The position numbers and the translations under genes were made by a program. DNA of 47,148 bases, taken from positions 1 through 47,148 of the forward strand of contig JADGIG010000018.1 of NCBI GenBank assembly GCA_018985235.1, read 5' to 3'. The notes below the pieces were generated by a model. It ran no database searches. It was not told the origin of the DNA and was given only the letters and a program-made list of their open reading frames with translations. The stretch comes from Sanchytrium tribonematis (lineage: Eukaryota). This document shows positions 10,444 to 21,985 of the stretch, one piece after another; position 1 is the first letter of the stretch; the number at the start of each line of letters is the position of its first letter.

Positions 10444-12094
10444 TCACATTCTAAATAGCCCAAATTTGGTGTCTTTTTTGGATTCTGCAATACAGACATC
10501 GAGCGCTACACTTAGCACTTTTCTTGTATCTTGAGGTCTAATGATTCCATCATCCCACAATCTGGCAGAGGAGTAATAAGGATGTCCTTCTTTTTCGTAT
10601 TTCTCTACGATGGGTTTTTTAAATTGAATCTCATCCTCCGCGGACCAGTTTTCGCCTTTTTTAGTCTTGGTATCTTTGGTAATCTGGCTGAGGACTCCTA
10701 AATAAAATAAAACTACCAGCTGCTTGTTCCCCACCCATTACACTGATTCGAGAATTTGGCCACATGAACAAAAACCTTGGCGAGAATGCTCTGCCACACA
10801 TTCCATAGTTTCCCGCTCCGAATGATCCGCCACATAAAACAGTAATTTTAGGAACATTAGTAGTACTAACAGCTGTTACCATTTTTGCGCCATGTTTAGC
10901 TATTCCCTCCGCCTCGGCCTTAGATCCTACCATAAACCCTGTAATGTTTTGCAGAAAAATTAAAGGAATATTTCTCTGCGCACAAAGTTCAATAAAGTGA
11001 GCCCCTTTCATAGCAGACTCTGCAAATAAAATTCCGTTATTAGCAACTATGCCAATAGGAACTCCATTTAGATGAGCAAATCCTGTTATTAAAGAAGTTC
11101 CATACTTAGCTTTGAATTCGTGTAATTTTGAACCGTCGACAAGTCTAGCAATAATTTCGTACATATCAAATTGTTTACGAAGATTGGAACCCACAATTCC
11201 TGGAATTTCTTCAGCAGAATACAAAGGATCTACTGGAGCTTTCAATAACAATTGAGTTTCTTTCTTCCAATTTAGATGATCAACTATATTACGACCGATA
11301 TCCAATGCATGTTCATCGTTTATAGCATAATGGTCAGTTACACCTGAAACCTTGCAATGCAGATCGGCCCCACCAAGGTCTTCCGCGGATATGATTTCTC
11401 CAGTAGCTGCTTTAACTAATGGTGGGCCTCCAAGAAATACTGTTCCTTGGTTTTTGACAATTACGTTTTCGTCCGACATAGCTGGCACGTAAGCACCACC
11501 AGCTGTACAGCTTCCTAACACAATTGCTATCTGTGGAATATTTTTTGAGCTCATATTTGCTTGATTAAAGAATATTCTTCCAAAGTGCTCACGATCAGGA
11601 AATACTTCTGCCTGATTGGGTAAATTTGCACCACCACTATCAACTAGATAAATACAAGGTAAACGATTTTCCAGAGCTATCTCTTGAGCACGAAGATGTT
11701 TTTTGACAGTTATTGGATAATAAGTTCCTCCCTTGACTGTAGGATCGTTGCATACAATCATGCAATATTTGTTTTTGATTTTGCCTATTCCGGTAATTAT
11801 TCCACCGCAATTGATATCTTCCTTATACAATTTATGACCAGCAAATTGTCCTATTTCTAAAAAAGGGCTATTAAGGTCGAGTAATTTGCTTATTCTTTCT
11901 CTTGGCAAGAGCTTTCCTCTTTTAACATGTCGATCTCTTGCTTCTTTTGAACCCCCTAAAGAAATGGCTGCTGTCTTAATTTGTAGATCTTTTAATATGG
12001 GTTCCATACTTTTCAAATTTTCTTTGAACAGAACTTCCGAAGAATCTATTTTAGTTTGCAAAACATTAAATTTTCTTTGCAAAAATCTACGCAT
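10444..12094 (-). CDS. MCCC2: 3-methylcrotonyl-CoA carboxylase beta subunit; 2 exons (12094-10717, 10697-10444), 543 aa
   Basis: [63 protein letters not shown]; 19-nt intron restores GEQAAG-VL. Confidence 0.95.
10698..10716 (-). other. 19-nt spliceosomal intron
   Basis: GTAGTTTTATTTTATTTAG; removal gives the conserved [10 protein letters not shown]. Confidence 0.92.
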
Positions 12095-12166
12095 GTTACA
12101 AAAATTCAACTTTAACCCAATATTTATTGAACAGCTTCATTTTCTCAAGTAGATTTTGAGAAACAT

Positions 12167-12874
12167 TTAATAAGTTCTTCGAGGTCTGCATTTAAATTTT
12201 GGTGATTGCGATGGTACTCTCTCTGGCAAATTTTGAGAGATTGGGGCAACTCGACGTCTGCATTTCTGCTTGCTTGGGACAGGGTTTGAAATGGTTTTTT
12301 CCTCGTGATTATCAGACTGTGTCTGATCAATCATCTGGTGCAAAGTTTGTGAAGGATCAGAAAATTTTCCCACAACTTTCGATATAGCATTTTGCAATGA
12401 GATTGAAGGAGATGGTGAGCTCGATTTCTGGGAGACATCCTTCTTATTTGTGTATTCGCTGTACCCAAAATCTTGTGTCCAGTACTGCACTCCTGAAGCG
12501 GAAGTTGCGTATCCAAGTCCCACCTGATTGCTATTCTCTGAAATCAAATTTTGAAAGTGACCTGGTGAGGCAATCCAACCTTTAACCACCGATATGACAT
12601 CCGAGTATCCTTCACCTACATTTTCGGCAGTTGCTCTACCTGGGTATCTTGCAGAGTGAATACGATCCTCAAATGTTGTAGAATCTACGCTATGTCCCAT
12701 TGTATTCCTTGAAGCCTGTACTTCAGAGTACTTCTGAGCCGAATCATTTAGTTCCGAACTCAAAGTAAGAGGTTTTCTCCCAAGGCCTTCCCTGAGCTTG
12801 TTTACCATTGAGAGCATAGTGTTGAAGTTCTGCATGTTCAATGCAAATGCTGTGAATAGAGAATGAAGTATCAT
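12167..12874 (-). CDS. Probably secreted CAP/SCP-domain protein with S/P-rich tail
   Basis: Hydrophobic N-terminus; VNKLR, MGH, AENVG, WIASPGHFQNL, VGLGY, YWTQDFG (YkwD-like CAP). Confidence 0.88.
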   Translation of the reverse strand: MILHSLFTAFALNMQNFNTMLSMVNKLREGLGRKPLTLSSELNDSAQKYSEVQASRNTMGHSVDSTTFEDRIHSARYPGRATAENVGEGYSDVISVVKGWIASPGHFQNLISENSNQVGLGYATSASGVQYWTQDFGYSEYTNKKDVSQKSSSPSPSISLQNAISKVVGKFSDPSQTLHQMIDQTQSDNHEEKTISNPVPSKQKCRRRVAPISQNLPERVPSQSPKFKCRPRRTY

Positions 12875-13007
12875 TTGGATTAAGGAATCACTACAACTTT
12901 AAGAATTTTTTTGTTCCTAATATTTTACTTTGATTGGTTTAAGATACTGGTTTCAGAACAATTAGCCCTAGCGCGAATAAATTCGATGAAAGAAATTTGA
13001 AATTCTT

Positions 13008-13913
13008 TTATTTCATAAGATGGACTTTAAAAAAGTCAGACCAGCTCTGGTAGAAATTAGGTTGGAAAGACAATTCGTTGTGAGTTCCCATAGGAAAATA
13101 ATGAAACCAAACGTTTGAGTTTAAAATTGTTTTACCAGACTTATGCCACTTACTTCCATCAAAAACTCCATTTTTCGGGTCTTCAAGTTGCGCTCCACTC
13201 AATTTTTCGTAAAGCATTTTCATGTGGAGAGGAGGAATAATTTCATCCTTTCCAGAACTCATAAACAGAGTTGGTATTGGAGGAAGTTGCTTCACAACAT
13301 TTAAAGAGTTCCAGGACTGGACACAAAGATATTTGAAAGGAGCAAGACGAGGTAAAATATAAGGCACAACATCAGGCATTGATGTAAAAGTATTTTCTAT
13401 TATTAAAGCGTCTATCGATTTAAACTTTGATGCGACATGTATTGCTGCAGCTCCACCTAGAGATTGACCCGCGATGACAATTTTGTAGTTTTTAAATTTT
13501 TCTTTGGCAAACAAATAAACTGCTTCAGCATCTAACTTCAGCCCCGATTCACTAGCACTTCCTTCCGATATACCATATCCACGATAATCAAATATTAAAA
13601 AGTGAACAGGTACAAGTTTCTGAATGTCACTAATCAATGGAAGGCGATGACCCATATTGCCTGCATTACCATGCATCCATATCACAACTATCGGCTCTTG
13701 ACCATATAAATGATATGCACTTATTTTGGTTTTATCTAGGCTAGTAATATAAATCAATCTGCCATTCAAATTAAAATCACTAGGCTTCCATAATTTGTCT
13801 TTGTCTCTGGATCCTTCAGGAATAAATGATGGATAGATCACATACAATTGAATTCTGTAGAATAAATATGCGGCCATAATTGGGATGGCATATTTGAAAG
13901 CAATCCAGAACAT
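13008..13913 (-). CDS. Bem46/ABHD13-family alpha/beta hydrolase
   Basis: N-terminal TM, HGNAGNMGHR, DYRGYGISEG, GQSLGGA, IENTFTS, DEIIP. Confidence 0.9.
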   Translation of the reverse strand: MFWIAFKYAIPIMAAYLFYRIQLYVIYPSFIPEGSRDKDKLWKPSDFNLNGRLIYITSLDKTKISAYHLYGQEPIVVIWMHGNAGNMGHRLPLISDIQKLVPVHFLIFDYRGYGISEGSASESGLKLDAEAVYLFAKEKFKNYKIVIAGQSLGGAAAIHVASKFKSIDALIIENTFTSMPDVVPYILPRLAPFKYLCVQSWNSLNVVKQLPPIPTLFMSSGKDEIIPPLHMKMLYEKLSGAQLEDPKNGVFDGSKWHKSGKTILNSNVWFHYFPMGTHNELSFQPNFYQSWSDFFKVHLMK

Positions 13914-14101
13914 TGAATTTTGGTATTTGTTTTAAAAGGGACAAATTTTAATTTAATGGTTATTAATTGAAGTGCCGTGTATTCATTCACTTCAGGATGG
14001 AGTGGAACTTGAAAAGCTTGTAAATTTACAGAAATGACAGATTGATTTTGCAGATTTTACGATAAAAGGAGATTAGACCAGCTTTTTCTTCAAACAACCA
14101 A

Positions 14102-16388
14102 ATGAGTTCATCTGATCACCCAAATTCTTTAAGTGCAAATCGCCTTAGGACATACTCAATCCGGCATATTAAGACCCCATCCGTTCAACTTCATAGAAAA
14201 GGTAGCCATGATTCGCAAAGAAAGAAATTTTTTGTAGATGTAGAGTCCACTATTCAATTGCTATTAGAGCAGGAGGACACAGATAAGAATTACCAAATCA
14301 ATGTTCAGGATGAGGGTCCGAAAACTTTTAACCTGGTTGGACCTGGGCTAAAAACTCATAGCGTCAAAGGGCACTATGTGCTATCAAATTTGTTACAAGA
14401 ATTGACTTTAGCCAGAGAATATCACCGAAAACATATAATTTTGGATGAAGAGCGTCTCTATGAAAATCCTGTAGAGCGACTTTCAAGAATGATCCGAACT
14501 TTATTTTGGGATGGATTGACAAGAAGAATAGACGGAGAATCTTTGGAAAATATATGCAATGACCCCAAAGATAGACTTGGTGATCACAAGAATAGAATTT
14601 ATGTTCCATTTGATGACATAGATGCTTTGGAATATTTTCAAGGAGTTCAAAACGAGAAACCGCATTTGAAGTTAGAGGTAGAAAGGCTTCCGAAAGATAT
14701 CACACCACAATTTGTTAAAAGCATTAATCTGAAACCCGGTATTCTTGCTTTGAAGCTAGACAAGCTGAGTTTTATTAATGATGAAGGTCAGATCATTTCT
14801 AAAGTTGTGGGGACACCATTTGTTGTTCCTGGTGGTCGCTTTAATGAGATGTATGGTTGGGATTCCTACTTTGAGGCACTAGGACTTTTAGTTGATAACA
14901 AAGTTGACTTAGCCAAGGCTATGGTTGACAACTTTTGCTACGAAATTCAACATTATGGTAAAATTATGAATGCCAATCGCTCTTATTATTTAACTAGAAG
15001 TCAGCCCCCATTTTTAACAGACATGGCAATCCAAGTTTATTATCATTTACCGCAGGCCAATTCTGAAGAAAATAGAAAGTGGCTGAGACATGCGCTATTT
15101 TTTGCAATTAAAGAATATTATACAGTTTGGATGGCAACACCTCGATTCGACCCGGAATCTGGTCTCAGCTGTTATCACCCCACCGGTATAAAGTTGCCAC
15201 CAGAAACAGAAAGTTCTCACTTCAATCACATCTTGGAACCATATGCCAAAAAGCATGGTATAGGTTTACAAGAGTTCACAGAAAAATACATGTCCGACGA
15301 GATTTTAGAACCTGAGCTAGATCAATATTTCACACACGATAGAGCAGTGCGCGAAAGTGGGCACGACACGACGTATAGATTAGAAAAAGTTTGTGCACAT
15401 CTGGCAACTATTGATTTGAATAGCTTACTATTTAGATATGAGGTCGATATTGCGATGATGATTCAGCAGGAATTTAACGGAAAATTTGAGATTCCTATAG
15501 AATGGGTTCAAGCTAGCTGTTTTGCGACAGACAATCTAGATAAACACAAAACATTGATCTCTGAATCGGCACAAACTTGGTTCACCAGAGCAGAAAAACG
15601 TAAAGAAAGAATTGACAAGTATCTTTGGAATGAAGAAAAAGGTCTCTTTTATGATTATAATGTTGTGTTGAAAGCGCCTTCGCAATACAATTCCTGCACA
15701 ACATTTTGGCCTCTGTGGGCTGGTCTTGCGACAGAACAACAAGCAAAAATCATGATAGAAAAAGCTCTGCCTTTATTCGAGGTTACTGGTGGCTTAGTGA
15801 GTGGAACGGAGCAAAGCAGAGGTCTCATTTCACTTTCTAGACCAAATAGACAATGGGATTGGCCTTATGGGTATTTGAAACTAATATAGTTGGGCACCAC
15901 ATCAAATTTTAGCATGGCAAGGACTTGAGAGGTACGGGTATAATGATATTGCTAGAAGATTGGCTTATAGATGGCTTTACACCATTACCAAGAGTTTCGT
16001 CGATTATAGTGGGGTAGTACCTGAAAAGTTTGATATTGTTAATATGACTCATTTGGTGAAAGTAGAGTATGGCAATGTGGGCGTAGATTTTAAATATATG
16101 CCAAAAGAAGGGTTTGGTTGGATGAATGCATCTTATCAAGTTGGGCTGACATATTTAACAAAATTTATGAGGCGAGCTTTAGGTGCATTATCAGAACCAG
16201 ATTATCTTTTTAATGTTATGAACGATTCTTCCAAATGGCAAGAGCAGGATTCTATTGCACAGCAAAAAGGGAGTTTCGATAATTTACAACAATTGTTTGC
16301 ACCATTCGGAAAATCGGTAAGAGTAGTGAGTGAAGAAAGTTTGCTTGATGAGACTTTGTCAACTGAGGGTGCAAAGTTTTTTATCTAA
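14102..16388 (+). CDS. NTH1: Neutral trehalase (GH37); 2 exons (14102-15870, 15890-16388), 755 aa
   Basis: EDTDKNYQI Ca-binding region, VVPGGRFNEMYGWDSYF, RSQPPFL, RESGHD, EGFGWMNASY; intron removal restores QWDWPYGWAPHQ. Confidence 0.95.
15871..15889 (+). other. 19-nt spliceosomal intron
   Basis: GTATTTGAAACTAATATAG with CTAAT branch-like motif; restores PYG-WAPHQ. Confidence 0.93.
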
Positions 16389-16426
16389 GTGTGACTCTAA
16401 GTAAATCGCGTTACATGTTAAATTTA

Positions 16427-17518
16427 TCATTTTTTTACTGAGTGACACTTACGAGGAATAAAAACATTTAATTTATTTTCTGGAATTTTCACTGTTGCAA
16501 GATGGCTGTGTGATTCAGGGAATCGACTTACTTCGTCATTCGTACTTACTCTTGGTCTTAAAATTGATAAACTAGCATGTTTAATAGTTTTTGTATAACT
16601 TTTTTTTCGCAATTGCTTCAAATCTTTACAATTATCAACAGTTGCCTTGTCGAAAAAGGACTTCATAAAATCAATGGTAAAATAAGTAGCTTCGGTGGTG
16701 CCAGCTTTACTGGAACCAGTTATTAATAATTCTACAAACCATCGACAGAGTGCTGATTGGGAATGGTGGTAAATTGTGTCTCCAAACATGGCCATTTCGA
16801 CAAACTCCCCAGATTCACCTAATAATTCATCTGGGGTAATGAGCTGGGCATTTTCATTTTTCATTGTGTAAAATGCTAAAAAGTGCGCGTATTCATGTAA
16901 ACATTTACCAAATAATAGAAAAGTGATTTGGAGAGTACTGTAATGATTTTCGTCATATTCAGATTTTTTAATTAGTGCCGAATTAATAATTATCGCATTT
17001 GGATTAAAACCATCAAATAAACCATAAACCTCTTCATTATCATATTCAACCATCGCTTTTAATACTACTTCAGGAAAATGATTCTCAGAGAGAAATGTGG
17101 AAAGTCTTGATACAATATTTTCCGAATTAAAATTTTTTTGTTCAAGAGCTTGTGCAAATTTTAGAAAACTAATGTCTAGTTCAGAAAGTACATCGTGATC
17201 GACAACTAAAATGGCAAGATGATCTCGTAACGCAGAGTTATGCAACCAATAATACAACGCGTCCAAAGCCATATCAAGGCAAGTATTATTTGGAGAAATG
17301 TCAGGATCTTCAATTCTAACGCAAAATGCGGTGCATGGCCTTTTTGGTATAGTGGAAATTAAAAAATGATGTTGTAGATGCGAGAGTTCAGAAGATTGTA
17401 CAGTGGGTAAAATTTTGTGGTGAATTTCATGAAAACCACAAACACAAATTTCCATTTGTTGTTTCAAAGAATTATTTAATATGACATGCAGCCTTGATCT
17501 TAAAATAATCAAGCTCAT
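16427..17518 (-). CDS. Uncharacterised HEXXH (zincin-like) protein with Cys/His-rich N-terminus
   Basis: LHEYAH followed by TP...GESGEFVE..MFG; N-terminal CVCGFHEIHH. Confidence 0.6.
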   Translation of the reverse strand: MSLIILRSRLHVILNNSLKQQMEICVCGFHEIHHKILPTVQSSELSHLQHHFLISTIPKRPCTAFCVRIEDPDISPNNTCLDMALDALYYWLHNSALRDHLAILVVDHDVLSELDISFLKFAQALEQKNFNSENIVSRLSTFLSENHFPEVVLKAMVEYDNEEVYGLFDGFNPNAIIINSALIKKSEYDENHYSTLQITFLLFGKCLHEYAHFLAFYTMKNENAQLITPDELLGESGEFVEMAMFGDTIYHHSQSALCRWFVELLITGSSKAGTTEATYFTIDFMKSFFDKATVDNCKDLKQLRKKSYTKTIKHASLSILRPRVSTNDEVSRFPESHSHLATVKIPENKLNVFIPRKCHSVKK

Positions 17519-17835
17519 TTAAATAAATTATACTGTCAGTTTGGTCTATATCGTTGATAAATATTAATTGTAAGCGAATAGAATAAGATTCAGTGTTTGA
17601 TTGGGTAAAAATACTGGGCAATGAAGTTGTATCTTATTCATGTCAATGTAAGATACCACGAGAAATAAATGCTCTTAATCACTCTAACTAGATTTAATCC
17701 GTCAAATGTTAAACAAGCGCCGATGCTAAAATCAATCTCTTCAATCTGCCGAAATACATATCACTAGCCAGTTCTCTGTTTACTAAGTAAAAAAATCTCT
17801 CTAAAAGATTATTCTGGACTGAACTGTGTAAACGC

Positions 17836-17898
17836 TGATTGGAATTAAAATTGCTCAGTCAAATTTTGAAACTAATGTTGATTGGCTATGCCACGTGG
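17836..17898 (+). promoter_or_regulatory. Putative RPL10 promoter: two inverted CCAAT boxes and an E-box palindrome
   Basis: TGATTGG at 17836-17842 and 17879-17885; CCACGTGG at 17891-17898, 40 nt before the ATG. Confidence 0.5.
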
Positions 17899-17937
17899 GA
17901 AATTGATTCATAAGTTATCCAATCCCAATTCTTAAAA

Positions 17938-18588
17938 ATGGGTCGTCGTCCTGCAAGATGTTATCGTTATTGCAAAAACAAACCTTATCCTAAATCAAGA
18001 TTTTGTCGTGGTGTACCGGACGCAAAAATCCGAATTTATGATTTGGGTCGTAAGAAAGCAACTGTTGACGAATTCCCTCTTTGTGTTCACTTAGTCTCTT
18101 TTGAAAGAGAACAGTTAAGCAGTGAAGCTTTGGAGGCTGCACGTATTAGTTGCAACAAGTATATCACTAAATATGCTGGAAAAGATGCATTTCATTGCAG
18201 AATTAGAGTACATCCTTATCATGTGTTGAGAATTAACAAGATGTTGAGTTGTGCCGGTGCCGATAGACTTCAAACTGGTATGCGTGGTGCTTTTGGAAAG
18301 CCAAATGGTTTAGTTGCAAGAGTCAAAATTGGTCAAATTCTCATTTCAGTACGTTGCAAAGATGCTCAAAGAGAAATTGTTATTGAGGCGCTTAGACGTG
18401 CTAAATATAAGTTTCCTGGACGACAAAAGATCTTTGTTAGCAACAAATGGGGATTTACTGACGTTCCAAGAGAGAAGTATGCTGAATTAAGACAAGCTGG
18501 AAAGGTAGTACCAGATGGTGTTCATTGCAAAAAAATCACCGGACATGGTCCTTTGTCAGAATATTTCGATAGTTACATTGGTGAATAA
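17938..18588 (+). CDS. RPL10: 60S ribosomal protein L10 (uL16)
   Basis: [46 protein letters not shown]. Confidence 0.99.
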   Translation: MGRRPARCYRYCKNKPYPKSRFCRGVPDAKIRIYDLGRKKATVDEFPLCVHLVSFEREQLSSEALEAARISCNKYITKYAGKDAFHCRIRVHPYHVLRINKMLSCAGADRLQTGMRGAFGKPNGLVARVKIGQILISVRCKDAQREIVIEALRRAKYKFPGRQKIFVSNKWGFTDVPREKYAELRQAGKVVPDGVHCKKITGHGPLSEYFDSYIGE

Positions 18589-18594
18589 ATTAAT

Positions 18595-21027
18595 TTATTT
18601 ACTTTTTAAATTGAATAAAGATAAATTGGATCCTTCGGGATGCTTTGGTTTAATCTCAAAAATAGGATCTTGGTCGTCGCCCAAATTTCTTGAACTTGCA
18701 TAGTTCTTGCTTGCAATATTTGAAAAGATTGAGGTACGTGCCATATTATGATTGCCATTTGATATGGAAGTGTCTTGATTCTTGAATAGTGAAAATCCCG
18801 AGCTCGATTGATTACCAAGAAAGAAACTTGATTGTGGTTGAGAAGTTGGATCGAAAATTGGGCTTTGACGCAAGTCTATGGGACCTGTTTTGAAGGCATC
18901 CGTTTTTTTAAATATTTTCAACGAATTTCGAGAATCAATTGGAGGGCTTAGTTTTGGTGCACTAATTGCGCTATTTTCAAATAAACTCTTGTCAAATAAT
19001 CGATCTTTTTTATCCAAACAAGCAAATGGATTTATATTTGCATCCTTTGATTCTATTTTTTTAAAATGATTCTTTTTTTGGGTGCGAAAAGGTTCATAGT
19101 TTTCACGAGGTTTGTGTCGTTTCAAAGGTTCTTTCACAAAAGTTGATTTGCTGCTACTTGTGAGTAAACTTGGATTTTGGCTTTTGTGCGCAGTATGGTT
19201 ATTAGCCAGATTAGGATCTTGAATGGGCTTTGGACTCTCTGAGAAAATGGATTTTTTTCCATGGAGCACAGGTATGGATTTGAGTGGTACCGAGGTATTG
19301 TTTTTGGGTATAAATTTTACAAACTCTGGTTTTGAAGCCTTTTGATTGCATAAATCAAGAGCAGATGGAAAGAGAGCAGGTAAATCCTCTTCTTCTGTGT
19401 CCGAAGAGCAATTTAAATCCCTATATGTGTCTGTAAACAAAGGCATTCTCTTCATAGGTATTTCATTCCCGCTATTCTTATCCAAGGTAATTTTAGGAAG
19501 TAATGCCTTTTGCTGCGAACTCACATTATTTATAAATAATCTTGGCTCGGAATGTGGTCGTGTTTGATTTATCGAATGAAGTTTTTCAAGCGATTCTTCA
19601 GGCTTGGGTGTTTTTTTTGAAGAAACCAGTATTACATCGGGATCAATAAAAGACGTTTCACTAACTTGGGATCCGGAGGAAATTTCGATATTTTTATATT
19701 TTTCAACAAAATCAGGTGTATGTGGTTCCATATTCAAGGAACCGGAAAGGTTTTTAGAAGAGTCTTTTCTATCATATTTTTTGTTCGTCATGATAGACCG
19801 GTCAATCAGTTTCTTCGGACGGTTGGAAGTAGCCTTCCTCAGTCTCCGAGAAGTCCTCAGATTCTCATTTACCTTTGAAAAATGATCTTTTGGTTTGTAT
19901 GATTTTTCGGGCTTCAAGGAAACTGCTGGCTTCCCTGGTTTCGAGTTATATAATTGCCTGGGTGCTGTTGGTCGACTTTGGATTGGCTCGTATGATAACT
20001 TGACTTCTGGGTTGTACCTAGTCGCTTTAAGAACAGCTACATTGAGCATATCATTAGCCTCAAGCTGATCAAGCTGGTTCTTTTTAAGCTCCATTCTGGA
20101 CGTATCTGATACACCAAGAAAGGGAATGTCTGGCTCAAAGTCCACAATATCCAAAATTGTATTTTCTTTGAGGTCCATATCTCCAACTATTAATTTCGTG
20201 TCGTCTTCCACAGAGGTTAGGTGGTCGCTATCATCTGCATCAAATTTTTCAAAATCTTGATTTAAAATTTGAGGTACAGCGTCAATCATCTGGGTGCTAG
20301 TGACTGCGGCCGATTCGTAGCAACTCAAATTCTCAAAAAAGAATTTGCAGCATTCTCGCGGACACAGATTCATTGCCTTCTGGATGGACCAAATTTCGAC
20401 TTTCACATTTGAATCTTCTTCAATTCTAACAGTGAGTTTACCATGAAGTCCTGCTGCGTATTTTACTCGATTAATTTTCAAGATTTTATATGAGGTTTTC
20501 GAAATTTTGCTGTAACTTGAGTTTGGGAGTCCGCATAAAATCATTTTAATCGAATTTTTCATTTTTTGTGTTCCATCATTACAATTACTAATATAAGAAT
20601 ATATTCTTTCAAGAACCAGTTCTAGTTTCGTCAGTTCAATTTTGCTTTTATCTGTGGCATATTCAAGCGCCTTCTCCGCCAAAAATAAGGATTTTTTTAA
20701 GTTTTGGATATAGTTGTATTTTACATCAGTACTAACGTTGTTATCTAATTCCCATGTATTTTCTTTCTCGTCATATCCCAGCCATTTTATAAGGTATACT
20801 AGCTTGTTTTCTTTTTCATCCAGATAACAATCCATGATTTTATCAACAAAAAATTCATTTTCTCGTAAGTCGGTAATAGGCTCAGGTTGTGGCAAATAAT
20901 CCAAATTTTCATCGCTCTCTGACCCTTCATCGTCTTCACTACTATGGTGTCTACTTCGAAGTGAATAATTGATCACGGAATCTTGCAGCATTTTTTGAAA
21001 TTCAAGAGGAGGATCAAACAATTTCAT
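18595..21027 (-). CDS. Chromodomain protein with possible chromoshadow domain and long low-complexity tail
   Basis: FFVDKIMD...YLIKWLGYDEKENTWE chromodomain; AMNLCPRECCKFFFENL resembles the chromoshadow C-terminal helix. Confidence 0.8.
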   Translation of the reverse strand: MKLFDPPLEFQKMLQDSVINYSLRSRHHSSEDDEGSESDENLDYLPQPEPITDLRENEFFVDKIMDCYLDEKENKLVYLIKWLGYDEKENTWELDNNVSTDVKYNYIQNLKKSLFLAEKALEYATDKSKIELTKLELVLERIYSYISNCNDGTQKMKNSIKMILCGLPNSSYSKISKTSYKILKINRVKYAAGLHGKLTVRIEEDSNVKVEIWSIQKAMNLCPRECCKFFFENLSCYESAAVTSTQMIDAVPQILNQDFEKFDADDSDHLTSVEDDTKLIVGDMDLKENTILDIVDFEPDIPFLGVSDTSRMELKKNQLDQLEANDMLNVAVLKATRYNPEVKLSYEPIQSRPTAPRQLYNSKPGKPAVSLKPEKSYKPKDHFSKVNENLRTSRRLRKATSNRPKKLIDRSIMTNKKYDRKDSSKNLSGSLNMEPHTPDFVEKYKNIEISSGSQVSETSFIDPDVILVSSKKTPKPEESLEKLHSINQTRPHSEPRLFINNVSSQQKALLPKITLDKNSGNEIPMKRMPLFTDTYRDLNCSSDTEEEDLPALFPSALDLCNQKASKPEFVKFIPKNNTSVPLKSIPVLHGKKSIFSESPKPIQDPNLANNHTAHKSQNPSLLTSSSKSTFVKEPLKRHKPRENYEPFRTQKKNHFKKIESKDANINPFACLDKKDRLFDKSLFENSAISAPKLSPPIDSRNSLKIFKKTDAFKTGPIDLRQSPIFDPTSQPQSSFFLGNQSSSGFSLFKNQDTSISNGNHNMARTSIFSNIASKNYASSRNLGDDQDPIFEIKPKHPEGSNLSLFNLKSK

Positions 21028-21108
21028 TTTCGAAACTTAGCACCAACAAGCCAAACTTAAAAAAATTAGAAATAATGAATGTTTACTGAAAGTTTTGACT
21101 GAACGCAC

Positions 21109-21948
21109 TTAATCATCTAAACCCAACTTATCAAAGTCCAATTCTACATCGAGTCGTTTTCGATCTTGGCGAGTTTTTTCTGCTTCTTCCCTCATTTTCT
21201 TGTATTTCTCAAAATCTTTTTTAGATTCGTTGATTTTGTCTATTAAGGATCCAACTTCTCCTTTTAGAGACGATCCACAAGCTGCCACCAATACTTTGTA
21301 AAAATCTTCCAGCATCAATGCCATACTTTGAGCCAAATCCGTAGCGTAACTACCGTGATCCTCATATTCATTTAAATGTGACATAAACTCGTCGTAATCA
21401 GACATCCATAGCAACAATTTGCTAGTATCCATTTCATCAGACTTATTTAAGTACAATACGAAAGGGAGTTGCGACTTGTACATAATCGAACAAGCATAAA
21501 CTAAATTGGACATAAAAGATACCGGGTTATTACATTTGACAGAATCCACGACGTAAACAATAGTGACTTTAAATTGTGATGCCAATGTTTCCATAATGAT
21601 TTGACCACTCGCCGACCATGTAAAAGCTTCAATTTGTCCAGGAGTGTCAACGACAACGTATTTGGGATTTCTTTTTTTAATTAGTTCTATTACATCATGA
21701 AATTTAGTAGCAAATAAATTTAGCGCTGTCATAATAGCACCATTCGGCCCCAAGGAATAATCTTTCATAAGTTGGTCATAGTCAATTGTATCTCTTATGT
21801 CAATATTTGCTGTATATGCGAGATGCAGTACGGCTGGATCCAGATTTACAGTGTACGGGTCCATCTTCTGTAAGGCTTTAATTGTAGCTGATTTACCAGC
21901 TGCTGCCATTCCTATGAGTATAATTACATGAGTGTCTTCAATTGCCAT
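21109..21948 (-). CDS. NPA3: GPN-loop GTPase Npa3/GPN1
   Basis: GMAAAGKS, NLDPAV, IDIRDT, LGPNGAIMTALNLF, DTPGQIEAFTWSASG; ATG at 21948. Confidence 0.92.
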   Translation of the reverse strand: MAIEDTHVIILIGMAAAGKSATIKALQKMDPYTVNLDPAVLHLAYTANIDIRDTIDYDQLMKDYSLGPNGAIMTALNLFATKFHDVIELIKKRNPKYVVVDTPGQIEAFTWSASGQIIMETLASQFKVTIVYVVDSVKCNNPVSFMSNLVYACSIMYKSQLPFVLYLNKSDEMDTSKLLLWMSDYDEFMSHLNEYEDHGSYATDLAQSMALMLEDFYKVLVAACGSSLKGEVGSLIDKINESKKDFEKYKKMREEAEKTRQDRKRLDVELDFDKLGLDD

Positions 21949-21985
21949 CTCAATATTGTGTAACAGGGATAATCCGAAATTCAAA

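Noticed and set aside
17519..17830. ncRNA or transposon remnant in the long spacer (GTATCTTA/TAAGATAC inverted repeat)
   Set aside because: A single 8-bp stem in AT-rich DNA, with no terminal repeats, target duplication or RNA family motif
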